Under the pieces are notes generated by a model. The model was not told where the DNA came from. It saw only the letters and a list, made by a program, of their open reading frames with translations, and made no database searches. Positions 38,089 to 48,548 of a stretch of DNA of 64,000 bases are shown here, in pieces; positions within the stretch are counted from its first letter, which is position 1, and each line of letters begins with the position of its first letter. A program made the translations under genes and the position numbers. The stretch lies in the NCBI GenBank assembly GCA_963681965.1, contig OY820579.1, forward strand, positions 416,001-480,000. Reading direction: 5' to 3'. The stretch is from a bacterium (GTDB lineage: Bacteria > Electryoneota > JAOADG01).

Positions 38089-41000
38089 TTAGCGCATCAG
38101 CATCAATTTCTGCGTGCTATTGAAATTCTTTCCGGAAATTACTCGAACCAGATAAACGCCGCTCGGGACATCGTGACCGGCAGCATTCTTGCCATTCCAG
38201 CGCAAAGTATGGAAGCCAGCCGCCAATTGTCCACTTTGAATCGTCGCAATATGACGACCCATGACGTTGAATACGTCGACAGTTACATCGTCGTTTTTTG
38301 GCAATCCAATCTGGAATTTCGTTTCGGGATTGAATGGATTCGGTGCTGCTGGATACATCGCGTATTCAGTCGGAATACCGCTTAGGTGATCTAATACGCT
38401 TGAGGAACCGATCGAAAAATCGCCATCGCTAGTATCGGCAAACGATGGGGTACCCGCGTACGAAACCCGGAACCGACAGTGTTGCGATGCCCCTGACGCC
38501 GTCCACGGCATACTACCATTGTTTTCAAAGTTGTTGTAAAGTACCGACCATTGGGCGGAGGGGAACGATCGATTCAATTCAATTTTCACAATACCACCCA
38601 TATTCGATTCCCAGCGCAGGGTTTGAACAGTACTCATTGGCCAAACTTCGCCGCCGTTAGGATAAGTGATATGGATCCAACCGATCAACATCGTGTTGTC
38701 GGTATTGGAGATATTTGAAACAGTCGTATCGGTTACCGATGTGACCTTAAATCGAATCGTATTCGATAATTCACCACCCGGCGTCCAGCGATAGGCACCA
38801 TTGTTCGCAGTCGATACAACGACCTGTTCCCAAGTTCCCGAGGGATAGGTTCGATTCATTTGAATGCGAATATTTCCCAATACGCCGATCGAAGTCCACG
38901 TGACATTCAATGGCAATCCACGGAAAATCGTATCGTTGTCGGAAGGATAGGTTACTGAAATCGCCGGTCGAGCGATTGTAAAGCTTGCATTCGATTCGTC
39001 ATACTGGGTAAGATTAGCCGGATTAACCAATCGGATTCGACAATTTGTCGATGCCGGACTGGTGATCGTCCATGCATACGCAGTATCCGAATTCAAACGA
39101 TTGACGGCAACGGTGTCCCAAGTACCGGTAGGATAGTTGGTATTGACCAGAATATTGACGCGCGAGAAGCCTAGTGGTTTCCACGTGATCATATGCTGGG
39201 TGTTCTGCGTCCAATTTTCGCCACCGTTGGGAATTTTTACTTCGATTGTCGATGCCAGAATCGTGAAGTTTACATCGGAAGTATCGCCCATCGTCGCATT
39301 TTGCGCGTTAATTATTCGAACACGGGCACTATTGGAAACTGGACCGGTCACAGTCCAATTATAGGTTCCATTGCTCGCATAATTTGCAAACAAGGTTTCC
39401 CACGTACCGGTAGGATAGGATCGATTGATCTCGATATTGACGGATCGAACGCCCATCGATACCCAATGCACGGCATAGATCATACCGATATGTGTCGTAT
39501 CGTTACCATTTGGCGCTGTGACCGTAAGATTCGGCGTTAACACCGTTAAATTGGAATCGGACATATCGGCAAACGTTGTGTCATTGGCTTTCGTGATCCG
39601 CAGACGGGCAGTCGTTGTTGCCGGTCCGGTAACAATCCAACCATACTGACCGGTATTACTGATTCCACCAGCGATACGTTCCCACGTTCCACCGGGATAA
39701 GTCCGCATAAAATCGATATCGACCGAATCGATGCCTTCCGAAGTCCAATCGATCGCCAGCGGAACGCCAAGACGCAAGACATCACCGCCATTGGGAGTCG
39801 TTAGACTGATCGATGGGCGTTTGACACTAAATTCAGTTCGGCTAGTGTCGCCTTGTAACGGATGATCGGGATTGTAAACCCGAATGCGAGCCGTACTAGT
39901 CGTATCGCCACCAACTGTCCACGTTTCAGAACTATCGTTAATTGTACTGGTAAACAAGGTTTCCCAAGTTCCCGTCGGATAAGTGCGATTGATCTGAATA
40001 CACACGTCCGAGACACTGTCGGCGGCTGCCCAGCGAATGGGTCTCCGTTGCGAGTGCCACCACACTTCGCCGCCACGCGGGCTCAATAACGTAATGACTG
40101 ACGGTTCGAAAAGCTGCATTGCCAAATTGGCATCAATCTCTCCGGCTCCCAGCATACTGTCTAATTCGGCTGGATTGTCCGGATAAATATCCCATGCGGA
40201 AATACGAAGGAGCGTATCCACCAGATCGGGGGTAAGATTGGTATTTCGCGATAAAATCAGCGCACCGACCGAAGCTGCCAACGGCGTTGCAACGGAAGTA
40301 CCCTGCATTTGAGCATAAGGATCGGTGTGATATGTATTCACGACCATGGTCGACCAAAGGTCGATACCGGGTGCACAAATATCAACAAATCGACCCCAGT
40401 TGGCACCGTCGAGCTTCGTGTTTTGAGGTGTCGTTGCCGTAACGGCAATCACATGATCGAATGCTGCGGGATAGCGCGATACCGGTGTTGTTCCTGTATT
40501 ATTACCCGCCGATGCGAAGACGCAAACGCCATTGCGGTAAGCGTAATTGATGACATCGCGATACGCTTGCGAAGCTTGTGTCCATGCCCAGGAAATACTA
40601 ACAATTCGAGCACCACGATTGACGGCATACTGAATACCGGCAATAAAATCATCGTCATATCCGGCGACGAATAATTGATTCTGCGATGTAACGGCACAAG
40701 CCGCTTTTACCGCTAGGGTCTTGATCCCGAATGAAGCTGCGGGAATACCGACTCCATTATTGGTCTGTGCCGCCAACGTTCCAGCGACATGGGTACCATG
40801 CCCGTAAACATCCATCGGCCACCAGTCGCGAGCACCGTAACGTTCGCCTTCAGCGGCATCGGCACCTTGGAAATCCGCCAACGGGTGCGACATAAAGTTG
40901 TAACCGATCGCGTCGTCGACAAATCCGTTACCGTCGTTATCTACACCGTTGCTGTCGGCAATCGTCATAAGCGTATCGCCGTTAATGTGTTCAGGGGAAT

Positions 41001-41628
41001 ATAAAAATTGATTGACTAAATCGGGATGAGTGAAATCGACACCGGTATCGATCGATACTGCAAGAACGTTGGTACTTCCGCGTTGCCGATCCCAGGCTTG
41101 ACGAATATGAATCGTGTCCAACTGCCAGAGATCCCGGTTATCAAGACTCCAATCCGACGGGGTGAAACAGGCTTGTCCACCGTTGACCGAACTGGCTTCA
41201 TCGATACCACTGCAGTTTTTGATTCGTGTGGTAAGTTTATCGATCACCGACTTGTCGGCTGACCATTTGGATTTATCGCCGATGTTGAACACGTAATATC
41301 GATCTAGTCCAATTTCATGGAACAGTGGATTTCGCATGGAAATCGGGTCGTGAGTCAACAGAGGTTTCAGCGATGAAACTTGATACTCTTCCATTAACCG
41401 GTCGAGTCCAAGGTTGTGAGTCGGATATAAAATCGAACCATCCGATTGGGGTTGTAGCGAGGCGTATTGGTAAGGTGCAAATTGCAGCCAAACCCGGCTC
41501 GCAGCATAATATTCATTCGCAAACGGGTTGGCAATCGCCCCCGAGCATAATATCGACAAAACGACCAGCACTGCCGCTATTTTCAGGCAGGAAGTCATCA
41601 TACATAATTTTCGATTCATCCTAAACAT
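38089..41628 (-). CDS. Secreted S8 (subtilisin-like) serine peptidase with ~6 Ig-like repeats and FlgD-Ig/PNPFN C-terminal domain
   Basis: Triad IDTG, HGTHVAG, GTSVATP; repeats P.GG....I.W...V.I..NR.YP.GTW; APNPFNP...SGVY...KLMLMR; GGAG RBS before ATG 41628. Confidence 0.92.
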   Translation of the reverse strand: MFRMNRKLCMMTSCLKIAAVLVVLSILCSGAIANPFANEYYAASRVWLQFAPYQYASLQPQSDGSILYPTHNLGLDRLMEEYQVSSLKPLLTHDPISMRNPLFHEIGLDRYYVFNIGDKSKWSADKSVIDKLTTRIKNCSGIDEASSVNGGQACFTPSDWSLDNRDLWQLDTIHIRQAWDRQRGSTNVLAVSIDTGVDFTHPDLVNQFLYSPEHINGDTLMTIADSNGVDNDGNGFVDDAIGYNFMSHPLADFQGADAAEGERYGARDWWPMDVYGHGTHVAGTLAAQTNNGVGIPAASFGIKTLAVKAACAVTSQNQLFVAGYDDDFIAGIQYAVNRGARIVSISWAWTQASQAYRDVINYAYRNGVCVFASAGNNTGTTPVSRYPAAFDHVIAVTATTPQNTKLDGANWGRFVDICAPGIDLWSTMVVNTYHTDPYAQMQGTSVATPLAASVGALILSRNTNLTPDLVDTLLRISAWDIYPDNPAELDSMLGAGEIDANLAMQLFEPSVITLLSPRGGEVWWHSQRRPIRWAAADSVSDVCIQINRTYPTGTWETLFTSTINDSSETWTVGGDTTSTARIRVYNPDHPLQGDTSRTEFSVKRPSISLTTPNGGDVLRLGVPLAIDWTSEGIDSVDIDFMRTYPGGTWERIAGGISNTGQYGWIVTGPATTTARLRITKANDTTFADMSDSNLTVLTPNLTVTAPNGNDTTHIGMIYAVHWVSMGVRSVNIEINRSYPTGTWETLFANYASNGTYNWTVTGPVSNSARVRIINAQNATMGDTSDVNFTILASTIEVKIPNGGENWTQNTQHMITWKPLGFSRVNILVNTNYPTGTWDTVAVNRLNSDTAYAWTITSPASTNCRIRLVNPANLTQYDESNASFTIARPAISVTYPSDNDTIFRGLPLNVTWTSIGVLGNIRIQMNRTYPSGTWEQVVVSTANNGAYRWTPGGELSNTIRFKVTSVTDTTVSNISNTDNTMLIGWIHITYPNGGEVWPMSTVQTLRWESNMGGIVKIELNRSFPSAQWSVLYNNFENNGSMPWTASGASQHCRFRVSYAGTPSFADTSDGDFSIGSSSVLDHLSGIPTEYAMYPAAPNPFNPETKFQIGLPKNDDVTVDVFNVMGRHIATIQSGQLAAGFHTLRWNGKNAAGHDVPSGVYLVRVISGKNFNSTQKLMLMR

Positions 41629-41817
41629 GGGATTTTCTCCTATCGGAATGGCACCGCATCTTTGCAATCCAAGTCTTCCGAATTCGATTTCGGCGGGATA
41701 ATGCAATATGCACCGTAGAGATCCGCTAGTCAAGCTTTGATGAGGAATTCAAGGGAGAAAACGAGGACAGGGGCACAACTTGCACCCCTGTCGCAATTCA
41801 ATATGAACCTGAAAACA

Positions 41818-42723
41818 CTAATTAACCCTGTACATTAATCCCCAGATATCGGCGGCATAAGGCGCATCGCTATCGTGAACCGTGCCATCGGTCATAAAGT
41901 CGATGTACAATCTTCGAAGCGCCCCGTTTTGCGAGGCGGGGATCTGTCCAGTAATGGTAAACACCGAGTCGTTTTCGGTTATGAATGCCCGTCGATAACC
42001 TGCCATTCGCCACGGGCGATAATGAAGGACGCCAAACCAATTTCCGGCATGACTCATGGTTACTTCTACGCGAATCAAATCATTTGCAACGTAATGCGGT
42101 ATACTGTCGCGGAGCTGCCAGAACGAAGTGGGATTGACGACCGTAGTACCAATTTGGATCCAATTAACGTCGTTCGATGCTTTTTTATACCATTTGACCG
42201 ATCCGATTGCGACATCCGTGGTATTTTGCGTTCTCCCTTCGATGCCACTCACTCGTACTAGCACCCAATTACGGTACCGGTGCGATGTGCGAGCGATCCG
42301 GTGAAAGACGCCGTACCTGTGGTAGATATCGGTAAAGGGTTTTTCGATCCTCGAGTTATTAACCACTAGCCGCATCACGCCGCTCACGGTTCGAATCACA
42401 TGAATTCTTGCCGTATCGGGTGCAAGACTATCGATCGAAACTTCCCGGACAATATTTTCCGATCGAATGACCCGACCCCAGCGAGTTGGGGCAATCGTGC
42501 TGTCCAGTTCATCGGTTGGTGACGTTGTACTTCCATTGTCGAAGGTCGCATCATTCTCTTCGAGATCGTCGAAGGTGAAATAGTCTGAGTATTCATTTGA
42601 AGACAATTGCTGGATTTGCTCTTGATCGGTTCCGTCCGACTCAGTGCTGGTCGAATTTTTCGAGCAACTAGCTGCAAATAAAATTACAGCGATGCTAATT
42701 GCCAGCCCAATAATCCGATTCAT
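41818..42723 (-). CDS. Hypothetical lipoprotein
   Basis: GGAGG RBS; lipobox AASC; acidic linker. Confidence 0.75.
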   Translation of the reverse strand: MNRIIGLAISIAVILFAASCSKNSTSTESDGTDQEQIQQLSSNEYSDYFTFDDLEENDATFDNGSTTSPTDELDSTIAPTRWGRVIRSENIVREVSIDSLAPDTARIHVIRTVSGVMRLVVNNSRIEKPFTDIYHRYGVFHRIARTSHRYRNWVLVRVSGIEGRTQNTTDVAIGSVKWYKKASNDVNWIQIGTTVVNPTSFWQLRDSIPHYVANDLIRVEVTMSHAGNWFGVLHYRPWRMAGYRRAFITENDSVFTITGQIPASQNGALRRLYIDFMTDGTVHDSDAPYAADIWGLMYRVN

Positions 42724-42958
42724 TATTAATCCTCCCTAATCCGTTCGATCGGCGAGTTACCGTTCGAATTGTGAGTTTCATGCGGTCGAGGATGAGACGA
42801 TGGGAATTTAAAAACGGTTTAGCGTTCCCGAGAGTCGGTACCGAATAACAACAAAACCCAGAAACTTAGTGTAAGTGCATACTTTCATTCGACGTTTGGT
42901 AGTATATTGTTTTTGTTATTGATTATACAAACCCATGCCGTGATTGTCGGAGATCGTT

Positions 42959-43432
42959 ATGAAATACACTATTATTCTATTGACACTGTTACTAATTAAC
43001 GGGCTTGCGCTAGCCGAAACAACTCAAATCACGAGCTTTACATCGTTATTGGAATCCCTAACCAAAGGCGAAGAAGTCACTGCAATTATGCACTACGGGA
43101 AGTGTACGCTTGTTGCCGATGGTAAAGAAGAGGGAAAGGGTCCCGAAGCGATCGGTGGCATGAAAATGATGCCGTTCGAGTATTTTGCAGTTGGTTCAGT
43201 ACACAATAAGAAAGCGTATGTTTCCTGTTCGGAGAATATCCTGATTTCGATGCCTTCGGGGTATGTCTACGATTACGTAAAAATTCGCATTTTCGACGAC
43301 AATACGATCGAAATCGTTGCCAGATATCTGTCTCCCAAAGATTTAGAAGTAAAGATGGACGAGAAATTTTTGACCACGATCAACGATGGCAAAAACGAGG
43401 GTGGCGTCTCCTTTTTCCACCAGTCGAAATAA
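42959..43432 (+). CDS. VirK family exported protein
   Basis: Signal peptide; F..L...L..G..V....HY.KC, YDYVK.RI..DN, GV.FF pattern. Confidence 0.7.
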   Translation: MKYTIILLTLLLINGLALAETTQITSFTSLLESLTKGEEVTAIMHYGKCTLVADGKEEGKGPEAIGGMKMMPFEYFAVGSVHNKKAYVSCSENILISMPSGYVYDYVKIRIFDDNTIEIVARYLSPKDLEVKMDEKFLTTINDGKNEGGVSFFHQSK

Positions 43433-43499
43433 CCAATTTTAGCACGGGGTGACGCACTTACCGGTAGAATTGTGTCCAAATCACTGAAAAGGATCGATT

Positions 43500-44684
43500 A
43501 TGCACCGAAAATCAGGGTATCTTCTCATTGCTCTCGGACTCGTAATTGCTTTGACCATACCTGCATCAGCGATCAGTCTGACCGAGTATACCTTCCCGAC
43601 GAGTCGCTCGCAGGAAGCTTATATGAATGGTACTTTCAGCTCGGATGGTAGCACCAGCAAAAACTCGCAGACCGGTTACAATGCTTCCGGTGGCGCATCC
43701 TACAATTATTACTATCTCTCGCTCCCCTTCACCACGAAGTTGCTAAGTCAGGGATACTATCGAGTTAGTCGCGGTGATAGCATTTCGAATCCAAGAAATA
43801 GCAGCTATGATTTTACCGTAGCACCGAGTGTTAGTCGATACTTTCGATCCGAAGATAAATTCTTCAGTTTCGGAAGTGGACAAATCGAATATTTAAAGAC
43901 ACCGAATAATGATCACGCTTATAAACCATACATTCAGGTAACCACGGGTATCGGCTACGGTCGAACGATTAATGCGACGGTATTGAAACAAGCGGTTCGG
44001 ATGTCTGAAGATTTCAAGCGATTTCAGGTAACAAAGGGTGATATTCCGGATGAATCATTGTTGAAGTTGGCGCAAATTATCAACAATGAAAGTGAGTATC
44101 GCACTAAATACGGTAGTGAAGAGTATGGTAAATATTGGTATAATGCGATGGAAGAAGTTCTCCGCGAGACGGGAATGCTAAACGGGGATCGGTTGAGTGC
44201 CATTGGCATCTTACGTATCCAGGAAGTATTAAAAGAATTGACCGGACAACGATTTTACGGTTGGGAAGCTCGGATCGGATTCAGTAAGGTTGTTTCCGAT
44301 ACTTTCGGTAAATCCTACCCGGCTACCGTTCAACTCTCGCTCGATTGGTCGCGTCCTATCAGCATGGCACTACAATTGAACAACAATTTTTATTGCAACA
44401 CTAATTCCGATTCCATTTTCAATATTGGAAACAGGTTCCAGATTTATTACGAATTCAGCAATAGGATACACTGGAACAATTATCTCGACATCAATGCCGT
44501 GTTACGGACGAAATCGGGACACAAACACTCCCACCAGAGTACTGTATACAGCGATTTTCAATTCTACATCGAGAATCAATTCTGGTTCAATACGACATTC
44601 CGGCTGGATCGCTCGGACAATCGGATTGACAAACCACTATCGACATGGTCCTATACTAGCGGTATAAATTACCGGTTAAGATGA
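43500..44684 (+). CDS. Hypothetical secreted protein, probable outer-membrane beta-barrel
   Basis: Signal peptide; amphipathic beta strands; GIGYGR; C-terminal GINYRLR. Confidence 0.7.
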   Translation: MHRKSGYLLIALGLVIALTIPASAISLTEYTFPTSRSQEAYMNGTFSSDGSTSKNSQTGYNASGGASYNYYYLSLPFTTKLLSQGYYRVSRGDSISNPRNSSYDFTVAPSVSRYFRSEDKFFSFGSGQIEYLKTPNNDHAYKPYIQVTTGIGYGRTINATVLKQAVRMSEDFKRFQVTKGDIPDESLLKLAQIINNESEYRTKYGSEEYGKYWYNAMEEVLRETGMLNGDRLSAIGILRIQEVLKELTGQRFYGWEARIGFSKVVSDTFGKSYPATVQLSLDWSRPISMALQLNNNFYCNTNSDSIFNIGNRFQIYYEFSNRIHWNNYLDINAVLRTKSGHKHSHQSTVYSDFQFYIENQFWFNTTFRLDRSDNRIDKPLSTWSYTSGINYRLR

Positions 44685-44711
44685 GCCGCTCGGACGATGT
44701 ATGTTCATTAG

Positions 44712-44747
44712 AAAAGACTTCATTGGGAAAATGAAGTCTTTTTTTTT
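44712..44747 (+). terminator. Intrinsic terminator
   Basis: AAAAGACTTCATT-ggga-AATGAAGTCTTTT followed by a T run. Confidence 0.8.
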
Positions 44748-44812
44748 CGCCTGATCGCAGACCTTATATTGATGGCATCATGAAATCCAAGCAAACAACC
44801 GACGAGGTATCC

Positions 44813-46435
44813 ATGAAATTCCGCATCATCGTTGTCGCAATCGTTCTGTTAGCGATCGGTGTATCTCTTGCTTTCGCAGATCAGTACACCGAAAAGATTA
44901 CAAGGAATCTCGATAGCGCCAAAGCCAACCGTAGCGAATTGGAAAAAACGATTGGGTATTTTGAAAAGAAAGGGGACGCACAGCAACTCGATGCCGTTCG
45001 TTTTCTGATTGCCAATATGGACGACGCCTGCTATTCCGAAACCGCCATTTTCGATAGTAACAAAGTCGAGATTGCCTTTAACATCCTCGATTATCCCAAT
45101 ATCGATTCGGCATCGAAAGCACTTGAAGCCATCGAAAAAAAACGCGGTCGGTTAAAATTCGATCGGAAACAATTGGTTTTCGATTTGGAAACAATGAAAG
45201 CCGATCTATTGATCCGCAATGTCGAACAAGCTTTCTCCGCATGGAAAACCCGTCCGTGGTCGAAAACCATCCCCTATTCCGACTTCCGCGATTACATCCT
45301 GCCGTACCGTGGGAGCAACGAACCGATCGAAGACTGGCGGACCTATTTCATCGACAAATACCGTGATTTACCGAAGACGATGAAAGATTCGACCGATCCG
45401 ATCGAAGCAGCCACTTTGATCAATCGCGAATTGGCAAAAATCTTTACTTTCGACAGCCGCTACTATCTTCACCCTACCGATCTGGGCCTAACGGAAATGT
45501 TGAAAACCCATCTCGGTCGTTGCGAGGATATGACGAATTTTACCATTTTCGCATTGCGCGCAAATGGCATCTGTGTGGTTAGCGACTACACGCCGTATTG
45601 GGCGAACAGTGGCAACAATCACGCTTGGAATGCGGTGATGGATCGCGACGGCAAAGCCATTCCGTTCATGGGTTGCGAGGCGGATCCTAAAGCTTACAAG
45701 CTTAGCGGTAAGATCGGGAAAGCGTATCGAAAATCGTTCGGACACCAGCGTGACAATTTGTCGGCGAAATTGAACAAAAACGAGCGTTCACCGGGCTGGT
45801 TGTCTGGCGACGAATTTATCGATGTTACCAAGGATTATGCCACCATCGCCGATGTATCGCTTAAGTTGACCGACCCCATTCCCGACAGCGTTCGCTTTGC
45901 CTACCTTTGTGTCTTCAATTCCGGCGAATGGAAACCAATTCACTGGTCATGGATCAAAGGCAAGAAAACCAATTTCACAGCGATGGGTTGCGATGTGATG
46001 TATGCCCCGGCTTTCTATTACAAAAAGAAACCGGATGAAAAAGCAAAATTGGAAACGACCGGTTCAGCTTTCATTCTGACCCATCGAAAACTGCTCGGAA
46101 TATTTCCGCAATCCGGTAAGTGCATTACGCTGGATGGCGATACTGCCAATAAAATCTCGGTCGCGCTATGGTCGACGACGAAGAAGGTGTATGCCAACGC
46201 TACGGAAGAGAAGCGAATTGCGGCGCTTGATAGCGGTGCGACGTACGAATTATCCTATTGGGACAAGGAGTGGAAATCACTCGGTAAGAAACTGTTTTCC
46301 GATAAGAGCAAGCCGCTGGTTTTCGATAATGTACCCGCGAATCGGGTATACTGGTTGGTGAAGGATATTGTGAGCGACGAACACGAAGAACGAATATTTA
46401 CGATCGATCCCCAGGGTGCACAAGTCTGGTGGTAA
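44813..46435 (+). CDS. Secreted transglutaminase-like protein, paralog 2
   Basis: Signal peptide; A..NRSEL; YILPYRG.NE; GRCED; DYTP.WAN.GNNHAWN; ends ERIFTI...G.QVWW like paralog 1. Confidence 0.82.
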   Translation: MKFRIIVVAIVLLAIGVSLAFADQYTEKITRNLDSAKANRSELEKTIGYFEKKGDAQQLDAVRFLIANMDDACYSETAIFDSNKVEIAFNILDYPNIDSASKALEAIEKKRGRLKFDRKQLVFDLETMKADLLIRNVEQAFSAWKTRPWSKTIPYSDFRDYILPYRGSNEPIEDWRTYFIDKYRDLPKTMKDSTDPIEAATLINRELAKIFTFDSRYYLHPTDLGLTEMLKTHLGRCEDMTNFTIFALRANGICVVSDYTPYWANSGNNHAWNAVMDRDGKAIPFMGCEADPKAYKLSGKIGKAYRKSFGHQRDNLSAKLNKNERSPGWLSGDEFIDVTKDYATIADVSLKLTDPIPDSVRFAYLCVFNSGEWKPIHWSWIKGKKTNFTAMGCDVMYAPAFYYKKKPDEKAKLETTGSAFILTHRKLLGIFPQSGKCITLDGDTANKISVALWSTTKKVYANATEEKRIAALDSGATYELSYWDKEWKSLGKKLFSDKSKPLVFDNVPANRVYWLVKDIVSDEHEERIFTIDPQGAQVWW

Positions 46436-46461
46436 CGAATTATAACCAGTATGAAAACATC

Positions 46462-46487
46462 AAAGGCGGATCTTTCGATCCGCCTTT
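46462..46487. terminator. Bidirectional terminator between convergent genes
   Basis: AAAGGCGGATC-tttc-GATCCGCCTTT. Confidence 0.75.
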
Positions 46488-46515
46488 AGTATTGATGGTA
46501 GAAATCAAACGCAAC

Positions 46516-46869
46516 TTAACTTGGGTTCCGTACGAAATGAGGCATCTCTTGGGGAATTTCCAACGACAGCTCGACCAAACCTCGATATTCGCCTTCTTCG
46601 TACCAAGGTTGTTGATAGATCAGTTTTTTGGTTCCGTTTTTTTCGATCGTATAAGAATTGGATTCTCGGGTGACCAACATTCTTTTAACCTTCGATCGCG
46701 AGGGTTCGGGATGACAGTCAATCAGATTCGTTCCAATTAGAGCCGCGCCACCGTCCTTTTCAAAGGTCTTGATGGCTTTCTCATTCATGGCAAGGATAAC
46801 TCCATCTACATCGCAGATGGTTACTGCTCCAGTAAATTCTGCTACCCATGCTTCCAGCGCTTTGTTCAT
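46516..46869 (-). CDS. Stand-alone PAS-domain protein
   Basis: AVTICD.DG.I..MN.KA...F...GG..LIG.NL.DCHP; GAGG RBS. Confidence 0.8.
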   Translation of the reverse strand: MNKALEAWVAEFTGAVTICDVDGVILAMNEKAIKTFEKDGGAALIGTNLIDCHPEPSRSKVKRMLVTRESNSYTIEKNGTKKLIYQQPWYEEGEYRGLVELSLEIPQEMPHFVRNPS

Positions 46870-47241
46870 TTCAATCCTCTCGGTATCCTCAGCAAGCGCC
46901 TTAAGATACAGCGATTCCCGCTCTCGTCAAAATCGGCAAAAAGTTTCCAATTATTAATCACTTTCCCAGAGGTTCCGCGATGAGTTTGAGTTAACCAATG
47001 TACCATTGAGCTACTGATTCGAACTCGCTTTACGAGGTGTGATTTGTGAACAATGAAATAAGAATATTATCGCAATTCATTACTTCATAATGTATTAAGG
47101 ATGTTAGAAGCGAAACCACCGGCATGATAAATCAACCGAAGAGATGAATTAATTGTAGGGTAGTGAGTTACTCAGCTACCTTTTCATACATCGCAATTCC
47201 GTTTCTTCACCTTCTTCCTCATACTAGATGGAGTGAGCCAA

Positions 47242-48432
47242 ATGAATAGATTGTTCTTTACTAGCGCTTGTGTCCTCATTTTTCTCTCCATGGTGCTGCC
47301 CGTTTTTGCTCAGGATAGTGCCTATGTATCCACTCAATCCCGCTTGGCAACCCAAAATAATGGTGCACTTGCCGTAGCGATATCCAACAATATTGCAGTG
47401 TTAGCCAGTGGATCTTATGGATTGAAAACGATCGATATTTCCAATCCAACCATACCGGTTCAAGTTGGCAATTTGACACTTGCCGGTCTAGCACGTAAAG
47501 TATATCTGGTTGACACGCTCGCGTATATTGCCGCTAGTGCAAGCGGATTGCGAGTGGTCAATATTGCCCATCCCACATCACCGAGTGAAATTGGATTCGT
47601 GGTTCCACCGAATAATTGTCAGGGAGTGTTTGTTAAAGAGGGTATTGCTTACTTGGCGATGTCGAACGGTATTCGAACCGTTGATGTATCGAATCCCGCC
47701 AATCCCGTACAGCTCGGATATTTGAACACCGGCTCTGCGGCTGATATCTGTGTCGATGGTCAATACGCATATGTCTGTTGTATGCAGAATGGATTGAAAA
47801 TTATCGATGTTCAAAATCCCACTCAGATGCAGCTAGTGAGCACCTACGATACCCCCGGCAATGCCTTTGCAGTGGTCGTTTTCAATAGCTACGCCTTTGT
47901 TGCCGACTATACTTTTGGATTGCAAATCATCGACGTTCACGATCCTCTCCATCCGGCTCTGACCTCTACCTTCGATACCCCCGGTACGGCTGTCGCGCTT
48001 TCCGTGAGCCAGTATAATGTGATTGTCTGCGATTACGATCGCGGTTTCGAGATAATCGATATCTCCGATCTAACGCAACCGATGCAGGTCGGTAATTTTA
48101 ACACACCCGGCTATGCCTATGGTCTGACGGAGTTCAATAATTCGGTATTCGTTGCCGACATCAATGCGTTGGGTATTTACGATGTTTCCGCAGCATCCAA
48201 CGTCCAAACCCCCGGTAGTGTTTCCATTAGTATCTCAGAATCCAGCACAAGTTCGGAATTAGTTTGGAATGCTACCCCGAATATTATCAGAGGGTATAAA
48301 ATCTACTCATCCAACAACGCTTACTTTACTCCGAACGCTTCAAATTTATTTTCAACTGTTCCAACCTCGACCACATCGCTAGTCGTTCCGACCAGTGGAT
48401 CCAGTTACTATCGAATTGCCGCCTACCGATAA
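47242..48432 (+). CDS. Secreted LVIVD-repeat protein
   Basis: Signal peptide; ~7 repeats of AYVA....GL.IIDVS.P..P..VG..TPG.A. Confidence 0.88.
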   Translation: MNRLFFTSACVLIFLSMVLPVFAQDSAYVSTQSRLATQNNGALAVAISNNIAVLASGSYGLKTIDISNPTIPVQVGNLTLAGLARKVYLVDTLAYIAASASGLRVVNIAHPTSPSEIGFVVPPNNCQGVFVKEGIAYLAMSNGIRTVDVSNPANPVQLGYLNTGSAADICVDGQYAYVCCMQNGLKIIDVQNPTQMQLVSTYDTPGNAFAVVVFNSYAFVADYTFGLQIIDVHDPLHPALTSTFDTPGTAVALSVSQYNVIVCDYDRGFEIIDISDLTQPMQVGNFNTPGYAYGLTEFNNSVFVADINALGIYDVSAASNVQTPGSVSISISESSTSSELVWNATPNIIRGYKIYSSNNAYFTPNASNLFSTVPTSTTSLVVPTSGSSYYRIAAYR

Positions 48433-48497
48433 ATGAATTTCGCAATTTGATTTGTTGCGGTGAGTAGATCAGTATTTCTACGGAGCATTCTAAAGCG

Positions 48498-48522
48498 AAA
48501 AAGGCAGCCAGATGGCTGCCTT
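48498..48522 (-). terminator. Intrinsic terminator
   Basis: AAGGCAGCCA-ga-TGGCTGCCTT with A run on the + strand. Confidence 0.7.
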
Positions 48523-48548
48523 ATCGTTATGATATCTGAGTGCTCACG

